Shown: positions 1-12,600 of the stretch, piece after piece | Position numbering within the stretch: the stretch's first letter is position 1 | Layout of the letters: each line of letters opens with the position of its first letter | DNA from: Eledone cirrhosa | Lineage: Eukaryota | Length of the DNA stretch: 64,000 bases | NCBI GenBank assembly: GCA_964016885.1 | Contig: OZ024743.1 | Coordinates: 294,252,001 to 294,316,000 of the forward strand | Direction: 5' to 3' | Program-made: the position numbers and the translations under genes | The notes under the pieces: generated by a model | The model's database searches: none | Told to the model about the DNA's origin: nothing | The model's input: only the letters and a program-made list of their open reading frames with translations

Positions 1-560
1 CCTTAGCCTTAATTTGGGGGATGATTCTATCTAAGATATATTTGCTTATTTTACCTATATCTGATTTAGAGGGGCAGATTAATCTAATTTTAGGGTCATT
101 ATCAAAGTTTACCTTGTGGTCCTTAAGATTGAAAGTGGGTACCGCCGGTAAGAGTGGTCCTGTCCTATCTTCGATTCCGAGATTTTTCACTATTTCGCAT
201 GCCTCATCATTGATGTGCCTAAGGGTTACTTCACTCGTTTTTCTATATTTTTTATGTAATTCTTTTCGAATGAAGTTGTTGTATGTAGTGCAATCCATAG
301 TGTACAGGTTTGATGTTTTGTCCGCTTTTACTACAATTCCTTTGGTGTTTTTAAGGTCGTCCAGTAGTTTTTTTATATCGTTCTGTAATTTGCTGTTGGT
401 GTTGCGTCCTTTGAATTTAGTTTATTCGTCCGATGGTAGTGGATGATGACCATCATTTTAACTACTTGGAATATAGATTGTCTGTAGATTGTAGGTGGAG
501 CACAAGTGTTTTGTGGCTCCATTTGAAGCGCCTTATGATTCGGTCTTGCGGGATAAGCAA
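1..560 (-). mobile_element. Naiad-type Penelope-like element, RT N-terminal part (continues off the window edge)
   Basis: Minus-strand translation of ~1-417 reads KFKGRNTNSKLQNDIKKLLDDLKNTKGIVVKADKTSNLY...LKDHKVNFDNDPKIRLICPSKSDIGKISKYILDRII, collinear with the 1174-2853 ORF. Upstream part is degraded (IRRFKW, stops). Confidence 0.85.
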
Positions 561-962
561 TTGTTTTCTACTGTGTTGATACATCTCGTGCGACAACCTT
601 GCACATTTATGAATGAATGGGCGCCACAGAAACCACTTCTAAGCAATGAATATTTTTGACGAGAAAAATAGTGATTACTATTTTGGTTTTACTATCATTA
701 GACTGTGATGTTACAATCATTCATAAGAAAACGCATGATTCTTGATTTTTACGATATTCAAGTTCACTTAAATGAAAATGTGTACAAGCAGCAAAATCGG
801 TTAGGGATTAACCTTGCGATAAACAGGTGTCTCGTCTAATAGGATTGTTTTAATCTCAACCATATGAAACCAGAAAAAAAACATGAAGAATGTTTAAAAT
901 AAAAAGGAATCGAAAGATTTATCGGCGAGTTTCATAAATAATTATAAATCAAATTAAATATA

Positions 963-3032
963 CTACATTTTAAATTTATATTTATATTTAAAAGTTGAGT
1001 TCAATCTATGTCTGCAGCAACTGAATAAATTTGTCCGTAAATTAAGGGAATTTTTAGATTTTAGTATAAAGAATATCTCCTCCGCGCAGAGGTCACATGT
1101 CTCAGAGGATGAATTAAAAGGAATCCCTCTTGAGACTATATCCCAAGCCGTTGAATATCCAACGTTATCATGCCTAAGTTGCCAGAGTAGGCCTGATAGT
1201 GATGTTGAGGATTTTTTTTCTTGGATCTGTGAAAGAATTCTTGTGGTTATTATAGCGAAGTTTAAATTCTGTCGAGGTGGAACCAACATAGTTAAAAGAA
1301 TTTAAGTCCGTTTTAACATTACAGTTGTATATTATATTTTTAACTAAGCAATTGTTATTTAACGGACATTTAGATCTATCTCTACAGTTACATTTGTTAA
1401 CTTGGATATTATTTATGCTATAATCGGTATTTTGGCTAGGTTTTAAATTTCTATTATTTATTCTATTAATATTTTGTGCTAAATTTTTGGTGGATGAGTA
1501 GGTTAATTTTATAGTATGTCTATTGAAAATTGAGTGATACCTATGTGTTCTAGGGAAGCGATTATCAAGAGCATTAAAAAATAGTTTAGCGATGTGGGTT
1601 TTAATGTTTAGTGAGAAAGGGGGGGGGGGGGCAAACCATATTATATTCCTAGTTCTATTTCTTTTTTGGCTTTTGGAATTATTGTAATGCTTTCTATTAT
1701 AGTTGTTAAAGTTGTTGCCGTAATTAAAATTGTTGTTATTTTGGTTAGTTTGTCTATTATTATCTATGTACATAATTTTATCACTATATCCTGCTCTAGC
1801 TAACGCTTCATTGTAATACTGGGCTTTTTCGTCGAAAATCTTTTTATTAGATGAGATTCTAGAGATACGATTTTGAACAGAGTTTACTATAGTATTTTTA
1901 ACAGATCTGAGGTGGTTAGAGTTAAAGCTGACATAGTTTAAGTTTTCATTCAACTTGTGAAATGTATAGTGAAGACATGTGTTGAGATTTAATGTTACAT
2001 CTAGGAAATTGACTATTCTATGGTTATTCTCAATTTCTATTTTTAGATTAAAGTAATTAAAAAATTGTGTAATTTGTTTTCTTTTTCTATTTAGTTCAGA
2101 GTTATTATTTTCAATAAGTAAAAGCATGTCATCTCTATATAAACCTCCGGTAGCACCGGGTATTTTCCTATGCAGCGAATTGATTAAAAATAGGCCCACA
2201 AGGTCAGTTACCTGAGGTGAGTCGGATGATCCCATAGTAATGTCGAAATTGTTATCTCTATCTGCTCTGGTCCATAGTTGGTCATTAAATTCTATCAGTG
2301 TTTTCCTAGCCGATAATATAATGTGCATTTCATTGCTAGTTAGGTCTGTATGTTTGAATGCGTAATTTAGTGCCTTATTTAGTAGATTAGGGGTAATAGA
2401 TGAATAATAGTTAGCGATATCTAGTTGAATAAACTTATTATTATTGTTATATTTAATTTCTTTAAACCACTCAACAACCTCTCCAGTTCCCTTCCACAAG
2501 CTCAAGTTAGGTACACAATTCAAGTTTTTAATTTGCTGTATCACCCTGTCTAGAATGTTTTTGCTTAGTTTACCCAGGTCCGATTTTGATGGTGCAATCA
2601 ATCTGACAGGCAGGTCATTTTCAAAATTACTTTTGTGATCTTTCATATTGATCTTCGGTTTCCTGGGCACGAAAGGTTGTGTTCTGTTCTCAATTTCCAA
2701 CTCGTGCATTATACAAGATGCCTCAACATTGATTTTCTCAAGCTTGGCCTTATCTGCTACCTTGTACTTTTTCCTCAGTTCTTTCAGTATTAGGCCATTA
2801 TACATGTCTTTTTGCACTCCATAGAGGTTGTTGGTCTTGTCAGATTTCACCAAGATCTTCTCAGTTTTCTCTAAGCTCTCAATATTATCCTTAATGCCTT
2901 TCAGATATTCCTGGCCTTTGAAGTTTCTCTTGAATTTGACTCCTTGTATGATAGAAATTATATCGTTTTCAAAGTCAAATAAAAGTTTGTTGGGGGGGGG
3001 GGGGATTTCTTTTAGATTTGAAAACTTTGTCT
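963..3032 (-). mobile_element. Naiad-type Penelope-like retroelement ORF (RT + CxCx5C linker + GIY-YIG endonuclease), 5'-truncated, frameshifted at homopolymers
   Basis: ORF 1174-2853 has KSDKTNNLY, KDHKSNF, RLIAPSKSD, QLDIANYY, MGSSDS, GLYRDD, NFLDVTL, CNCRDRSKC and IIY...YVGST. The endonuclease C-terminus continues in ORF 963-1289 (CDLCAEE...CRH). The frame extends upstream to ~2990 (FENDII..VKF). Confidence 0.95.
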
Positions 3033-3060
3033 ATGGAAACTATATTTATAAAACCATATT

Positions 3061-3126
3061 TATTTTATTATATCTATTTCAAGGGCAACCAAGGCAAATT
3101 ATGGTGCGCTTTCATCAGATAAAATA
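3061..3126 (-). ncRNA. Type I hammerhead ribozyme, family A (inverted copy)
   Basis: Exact reverse complement of the 4040-4105 motif. Confidence 0.75.
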
Positions 3127-3185
3127 CAGATTTGTTTTATAAATAAATATTGACATACCCGGCAAAAAGACAACATTATATACCA

Positions 3186-3243
<58 letters not shown>

Positions 3244-3546
3244 GGTGCAAATTAATTGCGCCTGTAGGCTGTATGTGAAGATGGGCACTCTATGCTGGTG
3301 GTGAGCAGAATGTCAATAATAATAATATATAAGGGAAAAAACCACTCTTGGGCGCGAGTCTACATGTGAACACATATCTGGGGAGCTTCCGATTCCGGAG
3401 ACAGGATCGATCATTAATTGAACTCTCCTCGAGCTGATCGGCAGTGAAACATATGTAATATTTCATTAAAGATGAATATGATACAACACTGATACTTTGT
3501 TACCTTATATATTATTATTATTATTATTAAGATTATTATTATTAAG

Positions 3547-3740
3547 GGCGGTGGATTGGCAGTATCTGTAGAGGGTCGGACGCCATGCTTTCGAGCATAG
3601 TTACGTCCCTTTACGATCTGAGTTCAAATCCCGCCGAGGTTGACTTTGCCTTTCATCCTTACGGGGTCGATAAAATAAAGTACCAGTAATGCACTGATAA
3701 TTACTGGACTTGTGCCTAACGTAGAAACAATTATTATTAT
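3547..3740 (+). mobile_element. tRNA-derived SINE, family 1
   Basis: A-box-like TGGCAGTATCTGT, B-box GAGTTCAAATCCC, conserved core TTGCCTTTCATCCTTACGGGGTCGATAAAATAAAGTACCAG and (ATT)n tail. More than 10 copies in the window. Confidence 0.85.
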
Positions 3741-4039
3741 TAAGATGGCGGAAAAAATATTGCCTCCGCTAAACGGAATGGCAGACTGTCCATAGAGTGG
3801 AACAGCCAAAATTCTGAAAACAATAACAGCAGTAGCAGCAACAGCAGCAGCAACAAGAACCGCAGCAGCGACCAAAATTTATTTCGTGAAAACCAAGCGG
3901 ACTTTCCAGCTCTGCCAAAGTTTACCACGCTAAAAGTCGCCACCACGGTAGGCGCGGCCAACATCACTTCCTGGAAGCTCCAACCGATAATGTTGTCTTT
4001 TTGCCGGGTATGTCAATATTTATTTATAAAACAAATCTG

Positions 4040-4105
4040 TATTTTATCTGATGAAAGCGCACCATAATTTGCCTTGGTTGCCCTTGAAATAGATATAATA
4101 AAATA
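4040..4105 (+). ncRNA. Type I hammerhead ribozyme, family A
   Basis: Stem I TATTTTAT/ATAAAATA; CTGATGA 4048-4054; stem II AAGCGCACCA...TGGTTGCCCTT; GAAA 4086-4089; short stem III; AUA site ending at 4097. Confidence 0.8.
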
Positions 4106-4259
4106 AATATGGTTTTATAAATATAGTTTCCATTTATTAATATATTGTGTATTTACTCCACTAACTGTTGAGTGCTTATATCAGTTATTAAGAATGTTAA
4201 GCTTGTTGAATCCCAACAAATTAAATGTAACCTCTGCATATATATATATATATATATGA

Positions 4260-5256
4260 TAATAAGGGCGCTGCGGAGTTGAAAATGGGTTACATATGAA
4301 AAAAGTTTGTCCTTTATCAGTGATCTTCCAACTATCATAGGCATTTCATCGCTTTAAAGACCATATACCTCCGGTTGGTGCGAGCAACGGCTAAAAAAAG
4401 TCGTTGGGACACGTAAATAAAGGGGACGCGAGGGTAAACAAACGAAATGGTGAGGCAACAGAAAGTGAGGAAGAGGGAGACAAGTCCCAGATTTCTATGA
4501 ATTTAAGTTCGGTGAAATCGTGAACGAGAGAATAAAGACCATCAAACCTGGTTGAAATGTGAGCAAGGAAGGAATTTCACACAGGTCTAACGGGAGGAAG
4601 AAGGGGTCTGGTCGGCGAATTCGGTAAACATAAGTTCTGTGAAATCGTAGACGAGAGAGACTCCGCAGCGCTCTTATCTAATTTACACATATTTTTTCCT
4701 CTGCTGCTACACCGTCTTTTTCGTTCTATGTATCTTTACCCTTTCTAGCAGTCTCTCTCTCTGTTAGCCTCTTCCTCACCTCACCCTTCACTCACTCATT
4801 CTCTGTCACTACCTCTCCTCCTCCTCCTCTTTCTTCCCGTTTGACCTGTGAGTAACTCTTTTCTCTCACATTCTCGGCCAAGCTGGTCGGAATTTTTTCT
4901 CTCTCGTCTACGATTTCACAGAACTTATGTTTACCGAATTCGCCGACCAGACCCCTTCTTCCTCCCGTTAGACCTGTGCGAAATTCCTTCCTTGCTCACA
5001 TTTCAACCAGGTTTGATGGTCTTTATTCTCTCGTTCACGATTTCACCTAACTTAAATTCATAGAAATCTGGGACTTGTCTCCCTCTTCCTCACTTTCTGT
5101 TGCCTCACCATTTTGTTTATTTACCCTCGCGTCCCCTTTATTTACGTGTCCCAACGACTTTTTTTAGCCGTTGCTCGCACCAACCGGATGTATATGGTCT
5201 TTAAAGCGATGAAATGCCTATGATAGTTGGAAGATCACTGATGAAGGACAAACTTT

Positions 5257-5265
<9 letters not shown>
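4260..5265. mobile_element. Family D short element: inverted pair with an internal ~125 bp duplication
   Basis: 4294-4660 is the reverse complement of ~4899-5265; flanked by (TA)n. Other copies at 7921-8682 and 55805-56795. Confidence 0.85.
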
Positions 5266-5344
<79 letters not shown>

Positions 5345-5345
5345 T

Positions 5346-5377
<32 letters not shown>

Positions 5378-5384
5378 TACGTAT

Positions 5385-5585
5385 ATAACGAAGGAGGCGT
5401 GGTAAGGAACCAGATGGACCATAACGCACCAGTGTACTCAATACTTAGGGTAGTGGAGTGGGTAATAGGAAAATGTTTAACCCCGACGGCAGAGCACAAG
5501 CCGTTTCGATGGCTATTTTTGGACTCCAGAAATAGCCGTCGAAACGGCTTGAGCACTGCCGTCGGGGCTTATACATTTTCCTATA
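5385..5585. mobile_element. Family E (Naiad pLTR 3' end) fold-back element
   Basis: Arms of ~55 bp (5465-5523 / 5525-5583) plus an 80 bp tail. Matches 46345-46482. Sits in (TA)n. Confidence 0.85.
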
Positions 5586-5647
5586 TACATATATATTTAT
5601 ATACATATATATATACATTCGTATATACATATATATATATATATATT

Positions 5648-5988
5648 TACCGACATCTCAGTATGCAGATTGGAGCACTCGACGAAGTACGCAGGTTGGT
5701 TTGTTTACTCCGGAATAATGAAAAATAATTAAGTCAAATACGTCAAATATGTAAAATCATATGATTCTTTTTTCTCAGAGGAATAACAACACAACGAGGA
5801 GCTGGACATATCGATGTATTAACGGGGTAAAACACACGTCAACAACATGTGTACCCGTCTTACCCTCACCAATTCGGACTGCTTGAAGAGGTCACAGCCA
5901 ATGATGGCTGTCACTGAAATATATATAGCAGTATATCTATAATTTAAAATAAACGAAAACGAATTTTACATATTTGACTTAAATACTT

Positions 5989-5990
<2 letters not shown>
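5648..5990 (+). mobile_element. Family C short HHR element with inverted tail copy
   Basis: 5648-5757 is reverse-complementary to the tail seen at 9240-9350. HHR at 5878-5932. Confidence 0.75.
5878..5932 (+). ncRNA. Type I hammerhead ribozyme, family C (C3U copy, possibly impaired)
   Basis: ACTGC TTGAAGA GGTCACAGCCA-atga-TGGCTGTCACT GAAA TATATA TA GCAGT. Confidence 0.7.
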
Positions 5991-6062
<72 letters not shown>

Positions 6063-6122
6063 AGATCATATATGAGAAAAGAAAACAAGATAAGAAAAAA
6101 ATATTTACTAACTCACTTTAAT

Positions 6123-6200
6123 GTCTCTATTGCAGTTTCATTGAGAAAATAACGATACTCCGAGTAGAATATCGCGAGAAAACTCAAATCATCTGGAGAC
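6123..6200 (-). ncRNA. Type I hammerhead-like ribozyme, family H, U4A core, extended stem II
   Basis: Minus strand: GTCTC CAGATGA TTTGAG...(CGATATTC/GAGTATCG)...CTCAAT GAAA CTGCAA TA GAGAC. Confidence 0.65.
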
Positions 6201-6411
6201 CTCGGTGCAGAAACAAAATTCAAGAAAAGAATTCCGAACCGTTCGCTGTCAGAGTAAATTTCGAATGAAAGAACTATCACGTGACCCACAGGAGCCTAGT
6301 AAATGTGGACAATGCTACTAGAAGTAGTTCGATTCGACCAAATTTTCACTCTACCATAAGGCGGTGTATTATATATTAAACGAAGAAGTATATTTATATG
6401 TATATACGTAA

Positions 6412-6572
6412 ACTCGTTTCCGTACAGTTTCCGTTTGATTAATTTCACTTAAATAGCACTGGTAAACCCGATGTTAAATAAACAGAGACTTGCTTAAGGT
6501 GCCATGTAGGTGAACTGAACCAGAAATCATGTGCTTACTAAGTAAACCTCTTAACCATCGATGCTTGTGCCT
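6412..6572 (-). mobile_element. tRNA-derived SINE, family 2 (degenerate)
   Basis: Minus strand reads GGTTAAGAGGTTTACTT...TCTGGTTCAGTTCACCTACATGGCACCTTAAGCAAGT...ACGGAAACTG. Relatives at ~20555-20680, 31146-31310, 40492-40590 and 49578-49700. Confidence 0.6.
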
Positions 6573-7892
6573 ATACTGTTATTGTTAAACATCGAAAAAG
6601 ATTATTTATAAAAATATTCTGAGTGCATGGAATGGCAAAGTGCTTATCATTTAAAAAATATATAATTGAATGAATATCCTGCGATATTTCAATGAATACT
6701 TTCTAGACATGATTCCCTAAATTATATCATCGGAGGTCCCGTGTGAAAACTAATCAAACTTTTGTCAAATTCACTATATTTCACAGCACTAGATGTGTGT
6801 CTTAGGATGAGTTAAGTGGACTTGGGTGTTGAAAAGTTGTTTTATTTATTTGTTTCTTTCTTTTGTTTTTTAAAATTGTATTTGTTATGCCAAGAGAATG
6901 GCCCTCTGAAACCGAAGATATTGATGCCCTGTATGTTCTGAGTAAAATGTTGCAAATTTTGGAAATAGATATGCTGGAGAGGGAGATTCAAAAGACCGAT
7001 ATTCTGAACAGGAAGAATTAAGTACAGTAATTAGTGAAAAGCCGGAAGCACAGTATTGGTGATGAGTGGAGGAGAAGGAGTTGGACGTGAATGAGTGGAG
7101 ATCATATAAGACCAGCCAGCTTCGTAAATCAGAGACCCTTGTAATAGTCTTGTGGTGTATCCGCGAGACATTTTGCATATAACACATTATTGACACTTAC
7201 AATACTGCTCATCTAGAGACAATAGAATACGAACCTGCTTTCTCTCGCATTAAATAAGGCCTAGAGATATCTAATATCGATTTAGTTATCACGTGTTATC
7301 ATTATATCACTGTCATTGTTAAGCACAGAGCCGTCACAATCGTCATTTTAGAGATAGCATCAGTTCAGTAGCATTATATGGCTAGAAACCACAAAAGTAG
7401 ATGATTCAACTGGATCATAAAACAAATGAGATGTCAGTTATTTTTCACATGTTTGTACTTTATTTAAATGTATTTTTGCCTTGTAAATCAGTGTAAAAAC
7501 ATATATATATAAATCAAACAGAATGGTACTAATAAAACTAATATAGTGTCCTCACTGATAATATTCACATCAAAAGAAGCAATGTGAAATTTTTTTACTT
7601 TCAAATTATTTTACGATCGATTGTTTTCAGTAATAGGGTCAAGAATGAAACTATTTCAAAGCTTTGTCAGTGTTAATTTCATGAGACGTAATAATGACAG
7701 TGGATTTATTATTGTTTGCGAAAATCACTGTATATTTTCCTGACTGGTTATAGATCCGATTGCGTGATGAGTGAGCTATATTCCTGATAAAAATGTTGAA
7801 TATCTAACACACGTAATATATGTGTACATATGTATGTATGTATGTGTGTATGTATGTAAGCATGTATGTATGTATTTATGCATCAATGAATA

Positions 7893-7920
<28 letters not shown>

Positions 7921-7923
<3 letters not shown>

Positions 7924-8682
7924 GAAAAATATGAAAACATAGCGTGCTGCGTGGTTGCAAATGGGTTACATATGAATAAAATTTAGTCCTTCATCAGTGA
8001 TCTTCAGGCCTTCATTGGTATTTCATCGCTTTAAAGACCATATACCTCTGGTTGGTGCGAGCAACGGCCAAAGAAAGTCGTTGGGACACGTAAATAGGGG
8101 GAACGAGCGAGACAGTAAACAAACAAAGATGGTAATGCAACGAAAAGTGAGGAAGAAGGAGTCAAGTCACTGAAATCGATGAACATAAGTTCTGTTAAAT
8201 CGTAGACGAGAGAGAATAAAGACAATCCGACCTGGTCGAAGTGTTAGTGAGAAAAGAATCTCGCACAGGTCAAACGGGAGGGAGTAGGAGAGGGGATAGC
8301 AGAGAATGAGTGAGTGAAAGTGTGAGGAAGAGGCTAACAGAGAGAGTGACTGAAAGAGGGGGTAAAAGGAAGTGAGAGACACAGAGAAAAGGGAAAGTAG
8401 TAAGAAAGAAACAGACGGGTCACAGCGGAGAAAAATATATATGAAAAGTATGAAAACATGGCGTGCTGCGTGGTTGCAACTGGGTTACATATGAATAAAT
8501 TTAGTCCTTCATCAGTGATTTTCCAGCCTTCATTGGTATTTCATCGCTTTAAAGACGATATACCTCTGGTTGGTTCGAGCAACGGTTATAGAAAGTCGTT
8601 GGGACACGTAAATAGGGGGAAAGAGCAAGACATTAAACAAACAAAGATGGTAATGCTACGTAAAGTGAGGAAGAAGGAGTCA
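7921..8682 (-). mobile_element. Family D, head-to-tail ~1.5-mer (period 519 bp)
   Basis: TATGAAAA.TATGAAAACAT.GCGTGCTGCGTGGTTGCAA begins at both 7921 and 8440. Confidence 0.85.
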
Positions 8683-9128
8683 ATATATATAAATATGTGT
8701 GTGTGTAAATATATATATAGTGTGTGTGTAGGTAGTACGGTGAAATACTTGTGTTGATACCAATTCATGCACTCTATGCACAGGTGCAGGAATACTGGTG
8801 AATACCCACCCGCATTGCCGCCCCACAAATTACACCAAAATAAACACATATGCCCACACATGAAAAATAAAGAAAATGCCTCTATATATATATACATTTT
8901 CGGTCCACATACTACAGCAAAAATATATCTTTTGTCGCATCAACAGTCTGAGGAGCAGATCGATACTGGAGTCGGGTCCATAAATCCTATAGGTCAGCTT
9001 GAGCCAATCCTCTGCGAAACGCTCGTAATAGGTCGCAATAAATAATACGCAATAAATAGTTTTCATATGTAATCGAAACTTCCTCGTTTCTTTCTATTTT
9101 ATATATATATATATTAAAATAACATTAA

Positions 9129-9178
9129 AGTTTAAGCAAAAATCACTGCTTTCACCCTTAACGGGATCTTCTGAAACT
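9129..9178 (-). ncRNA. Hammerhead-like ribozyme, family B (U4A core)
   Basis: Minus strand: AGTTT CAGAAGA TCCC-gttaa-GGGT GAAA GCAG...TTGC TT AAACT. Confidence 0.65.
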
Positions 9179-9195
9179 ATATATGTATGTATATA

Positions 9196-9360
9196 TGGCT
9201 GTCACCGAAATATATATATAGCAGTAATAAACGAAGCCAAATTTTAAACATTTGACTTATTTATTTTATTTTATTTTACATTACTCCGGAGTAACCAAAC
9301 CAACCTGCGCACTCGTCGAGTGCTCCAATCTGCATACTGAGGTGTTGGTATACATCCAAC
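9196..9360 (+). mobile_element. Family C 3' fragment starting inside HHR stem II, with tail
   Basis: TGGCTGTCACC GAAA TATATATATA GCAGT followed by the family C tail. Confidence 0.7.
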
Positions 9361-9374
9361 ATATACTCAAAATG

Positions 9375-9405
<31 letters not shown>

Positions 9406-9569
9406 TTATATAAACAAATATACATGAGTGTGTATGATTGTGTATAGAAGATTATATTAATAAAAGGAATTCCTACTTCTGATTTACTCGTTTTATTTAC
9501 AATCCTTTAAAATTATAATGATATTATAATGAAATAGTATGGTAGAATATTAAATGTTAAATGTTAATT

Positions 9570-9606
9570 GAACAACTACTTTCATGCTTTCGCAATCTTC
9601 AGGTTC
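9570..9606 (-). ncRNA. Minimal type I hammerhead in the inverted Neptune pLTR
   Basis: Minus strand: GAAC CTGAAGA TTGC-gaaa-GCAT GAAA GTAG TT GTTC. Confidence 0.7.
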
Positions 9607-12600
9607 ATATTCAGTGGTGACAGTCAAGTTTGCAATTTTCAACTGTAATGAGATGGCTAAAATCTGTACCTTATATACAGTAAAAAGGAGCTACAGAATA
9701 CTAAGTTTTTCAACCTGTATTTCGACTAATCAGTGTGTGCTTTCATTTGATTACTACAGCTGATTGGTTTAGGCGTCACGACTTCTATTTGACCCTATCC
9801 AAAGCATCAATTGTTTTGCTAATTTTAGAGATGATGAAAATAGCATTTATAAAAAATCTTCAGTTATCATCAACATCAACATCACTTTTATCATTATTAT
9901 TGTTGTTGTTGGTGTTAGTGGTGGTAGACGACATTATCGTAGTCGTATTCACAGTAGAAGTATTACCCCTAAGCATTATTATTGTTCATTTAGCTTGGGT
10001 TGGAATTTATCAATAAAATTCTTTCCTTTAATTTTTCTCTTGATTTCACTTGGGCTTTGTAGTTTGTAGAATGGAAAGATTATAAATATTTTCTGACCAC
10101 ATGTTGCGAGATGGTTTCTCAGGGGGATCTGACGGACATTTGGGTCTCTGTTTAAAATAATGCTAACAAGAAATGGAGAAATAATATACATAATACCATA
10201 AATAGGACAAAAAACATAACGAAGCTAAGTATAATATCACGAACAAAAGTTGATCAAGCAAACACCAACAGGAATATAAATCCTGAACAGAGAAAAATCC
10301 ATTTTTTAACGTCAGGACAACAAAAACCGGAAAAAGAAAAACGCCAGGAGGAAACATACCCAAAACAATTGAACACGTAGATCCTAAAATAATTAATTTA
10401 TCCAAAAGAGATCTTGACAATGATGAAATGCAAATTTTGTCAAAAGGACTGAAATTCACACCGACTCCAACAGTCAACCACCAAGAACTAAAGGAGGATA
10501 CCCAAGAGTTCTGTCGTGAATTACGACTTGTAGAATTCTTCGCTGATAAAAGTAATGAGAGTGATGAATCACTAGTAAAGAATAAATCAAATTTCACTCC
10601 GCCAAAAGGAAGAAATATCTATCTCGACCAATACATTGATATCTTGTCTAAATTTCCTCTTAGACGTAATACTAATGTTAGGCCAAACATTAACAAATCG
10701 GAAATGTCTGCACTTAAACGTATACAAAATGATAAAACAATAATAATTAAGCAAGCAGATAAAGGAGGTGCAATTGTTATAATGGATGCTGAATACTAGA
10801 AAGATTTGGTTGAGGAACAACTGAAAGACACAACATTCTACCATGAAATACCGTCAAATATAGTCCACAACATCATGAAGAAGATCAACAACCTGGCTTC
10901 AAAATACTATAACTCACTTACTGATAATGAAACCCAGCCAAAACCCAGCAACTTTTGTGGCTTACCAACAATTCATAAGTCAAAAGAAATCTAACTGGCA
11001 GTAAAAGAACAAAAAAGTGGGTACACTAAATTACTACACCCAAAAGACTTAAAACTTACACCTATTATAGCTGGTCCAACATGCCCTACCCACCGTCCAA
11101 GCAATTTTGTTGACATTATTTTGAAACCACTATGTATTCACATACCCATTTTCTCCCGGGATGATATCGACTTCCTGTCCCATCTTCCCAAAACCACGGA
11201 AACGAATTCAGTTCTACTTAGTTTTGATGTAGTAAGCCTTTACACCAACATTACACATGATTTAGGAATAAAGGCGGTTAAATACTGGGTGGAAAAACAT
11301 AGAGAAGTGATTCCCACCAGATCACAGTGCCATTTATATTAGACGCAGTGAGACTTATTCTGGAAAACAACACATTATTATTCAATGGAAAGAATTATAT
11401 CCAGATTAGAGACACAGTGATGGGAACGAAGTTTGTTCCCGTGTACGCGAACTCTATAATGGGATACTTAGAACAACAACTATACCAAGAAATAGAGGAA
11501 AAATATAGCACTGAATTTAGAAAGTACATTGAAAAGTCTTAGAAGAGATACCTTGACGACTGTTTCATCATCTGGACAGAATCTCTAGATACTCTGGATG
11601 AGTTCAATATCCTCCTGAATAACCTACACCATCTCTCCAATTTACAAAAGTGATGTGTAGTACCAAATTACCATTCCTAGATATAATAGTAATCAAAAAC
11701 GAGACCACCATTACCACGGATATATACTATAAACACACAGACACCCATCAATATCTGAATTTTAAGTCGTGCCATCCACGTCATACAAAACGCATCCCAT
11801 TGTAGAAGATACGCCTAACAGAACTGAGATAATTTTTGCTCAAACAAAAATACCCATCTCTAGAAAATGGCATACAGCGGGCTATAAAAATAACTATACA
11901 ACAACTTAGGACAACCCAAGGAAGAAGAAACCAAGAACTGGTCATACCATTTAAAATGACACAACCCATGTCACCAAAAAATCTTCAATACTGCCAAAGC
12001 AAACCGACCGATCATTGCTCAAAGAAATGAATTAAAAGGTTTAATCACAGACCGAGCTTTGATTCTTAGTAAAAGACTGCCGAAAAATTTGAAGCAATTA
12101 CTAACAAAGGCAAAGTTTGACCTTAACAACAAAGACCAATCATTCACTGTATCTAAATGCAATGATAGTCGATGTGGCACATATCAGTTCATACATACTT
12201 GTCAATTTATGAACACAAAAACTGGAAAGATATTCCCAAATGGAAATATGAACTGCAAAAGCAGAAATCTAATTTACTGCAATAAATGCCCGAATTGTGA
12301 AGAACTATATGTCAGTCAAACTGGAAATGCACTATCGAAACGTGCACGGGTGCAACGACAGCAAATCATAGATCCGAATGTCTGTCAGATACCCCTGAGT
12401 AACCATCCAGCAACATGTGGTCAGAAAATATTTAGAATATTTCCATTCTACAAACTACACAGCCCAAGTAAAATCAAGAGAAAAATTAAAGAAAAGAATT
12501 TTATTGATAAATTCCAACCCAAGCTAAATGAACAATAATAATGCTTAGGGGTATTACTTCTACTATGACTAAACCTACGACCATATCGAGTACCACCACT

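Larger units (their letters stand above)
3033..4240 (+). mobile_element. Short HHR-bearing PLE-type element (family A) with inverted partial copy
   Basis: 3033-3178 is the reverse complement of 3988-4133. The + copy continues with a ~100 nt tail into (TA)n. Related copies at 28101-28415, 28678-28915, 38690-38930 and 58605-58745. Confidence 0.85.

Noticed and set aside
21-446. 141 aa + strand ORF
   Set aside because: Antisense shadow of the minus-strand Naiad RT frame.
3425-3470. GAAACATATGTA hammerhead 3' half
   Set aside because: No CUGANGA box or stem I partner upstream; at best a fragment.
3547-3640. tRNA gene
   Set aside because: The A/B boxes belong to SINE heads; no cloverleaf.
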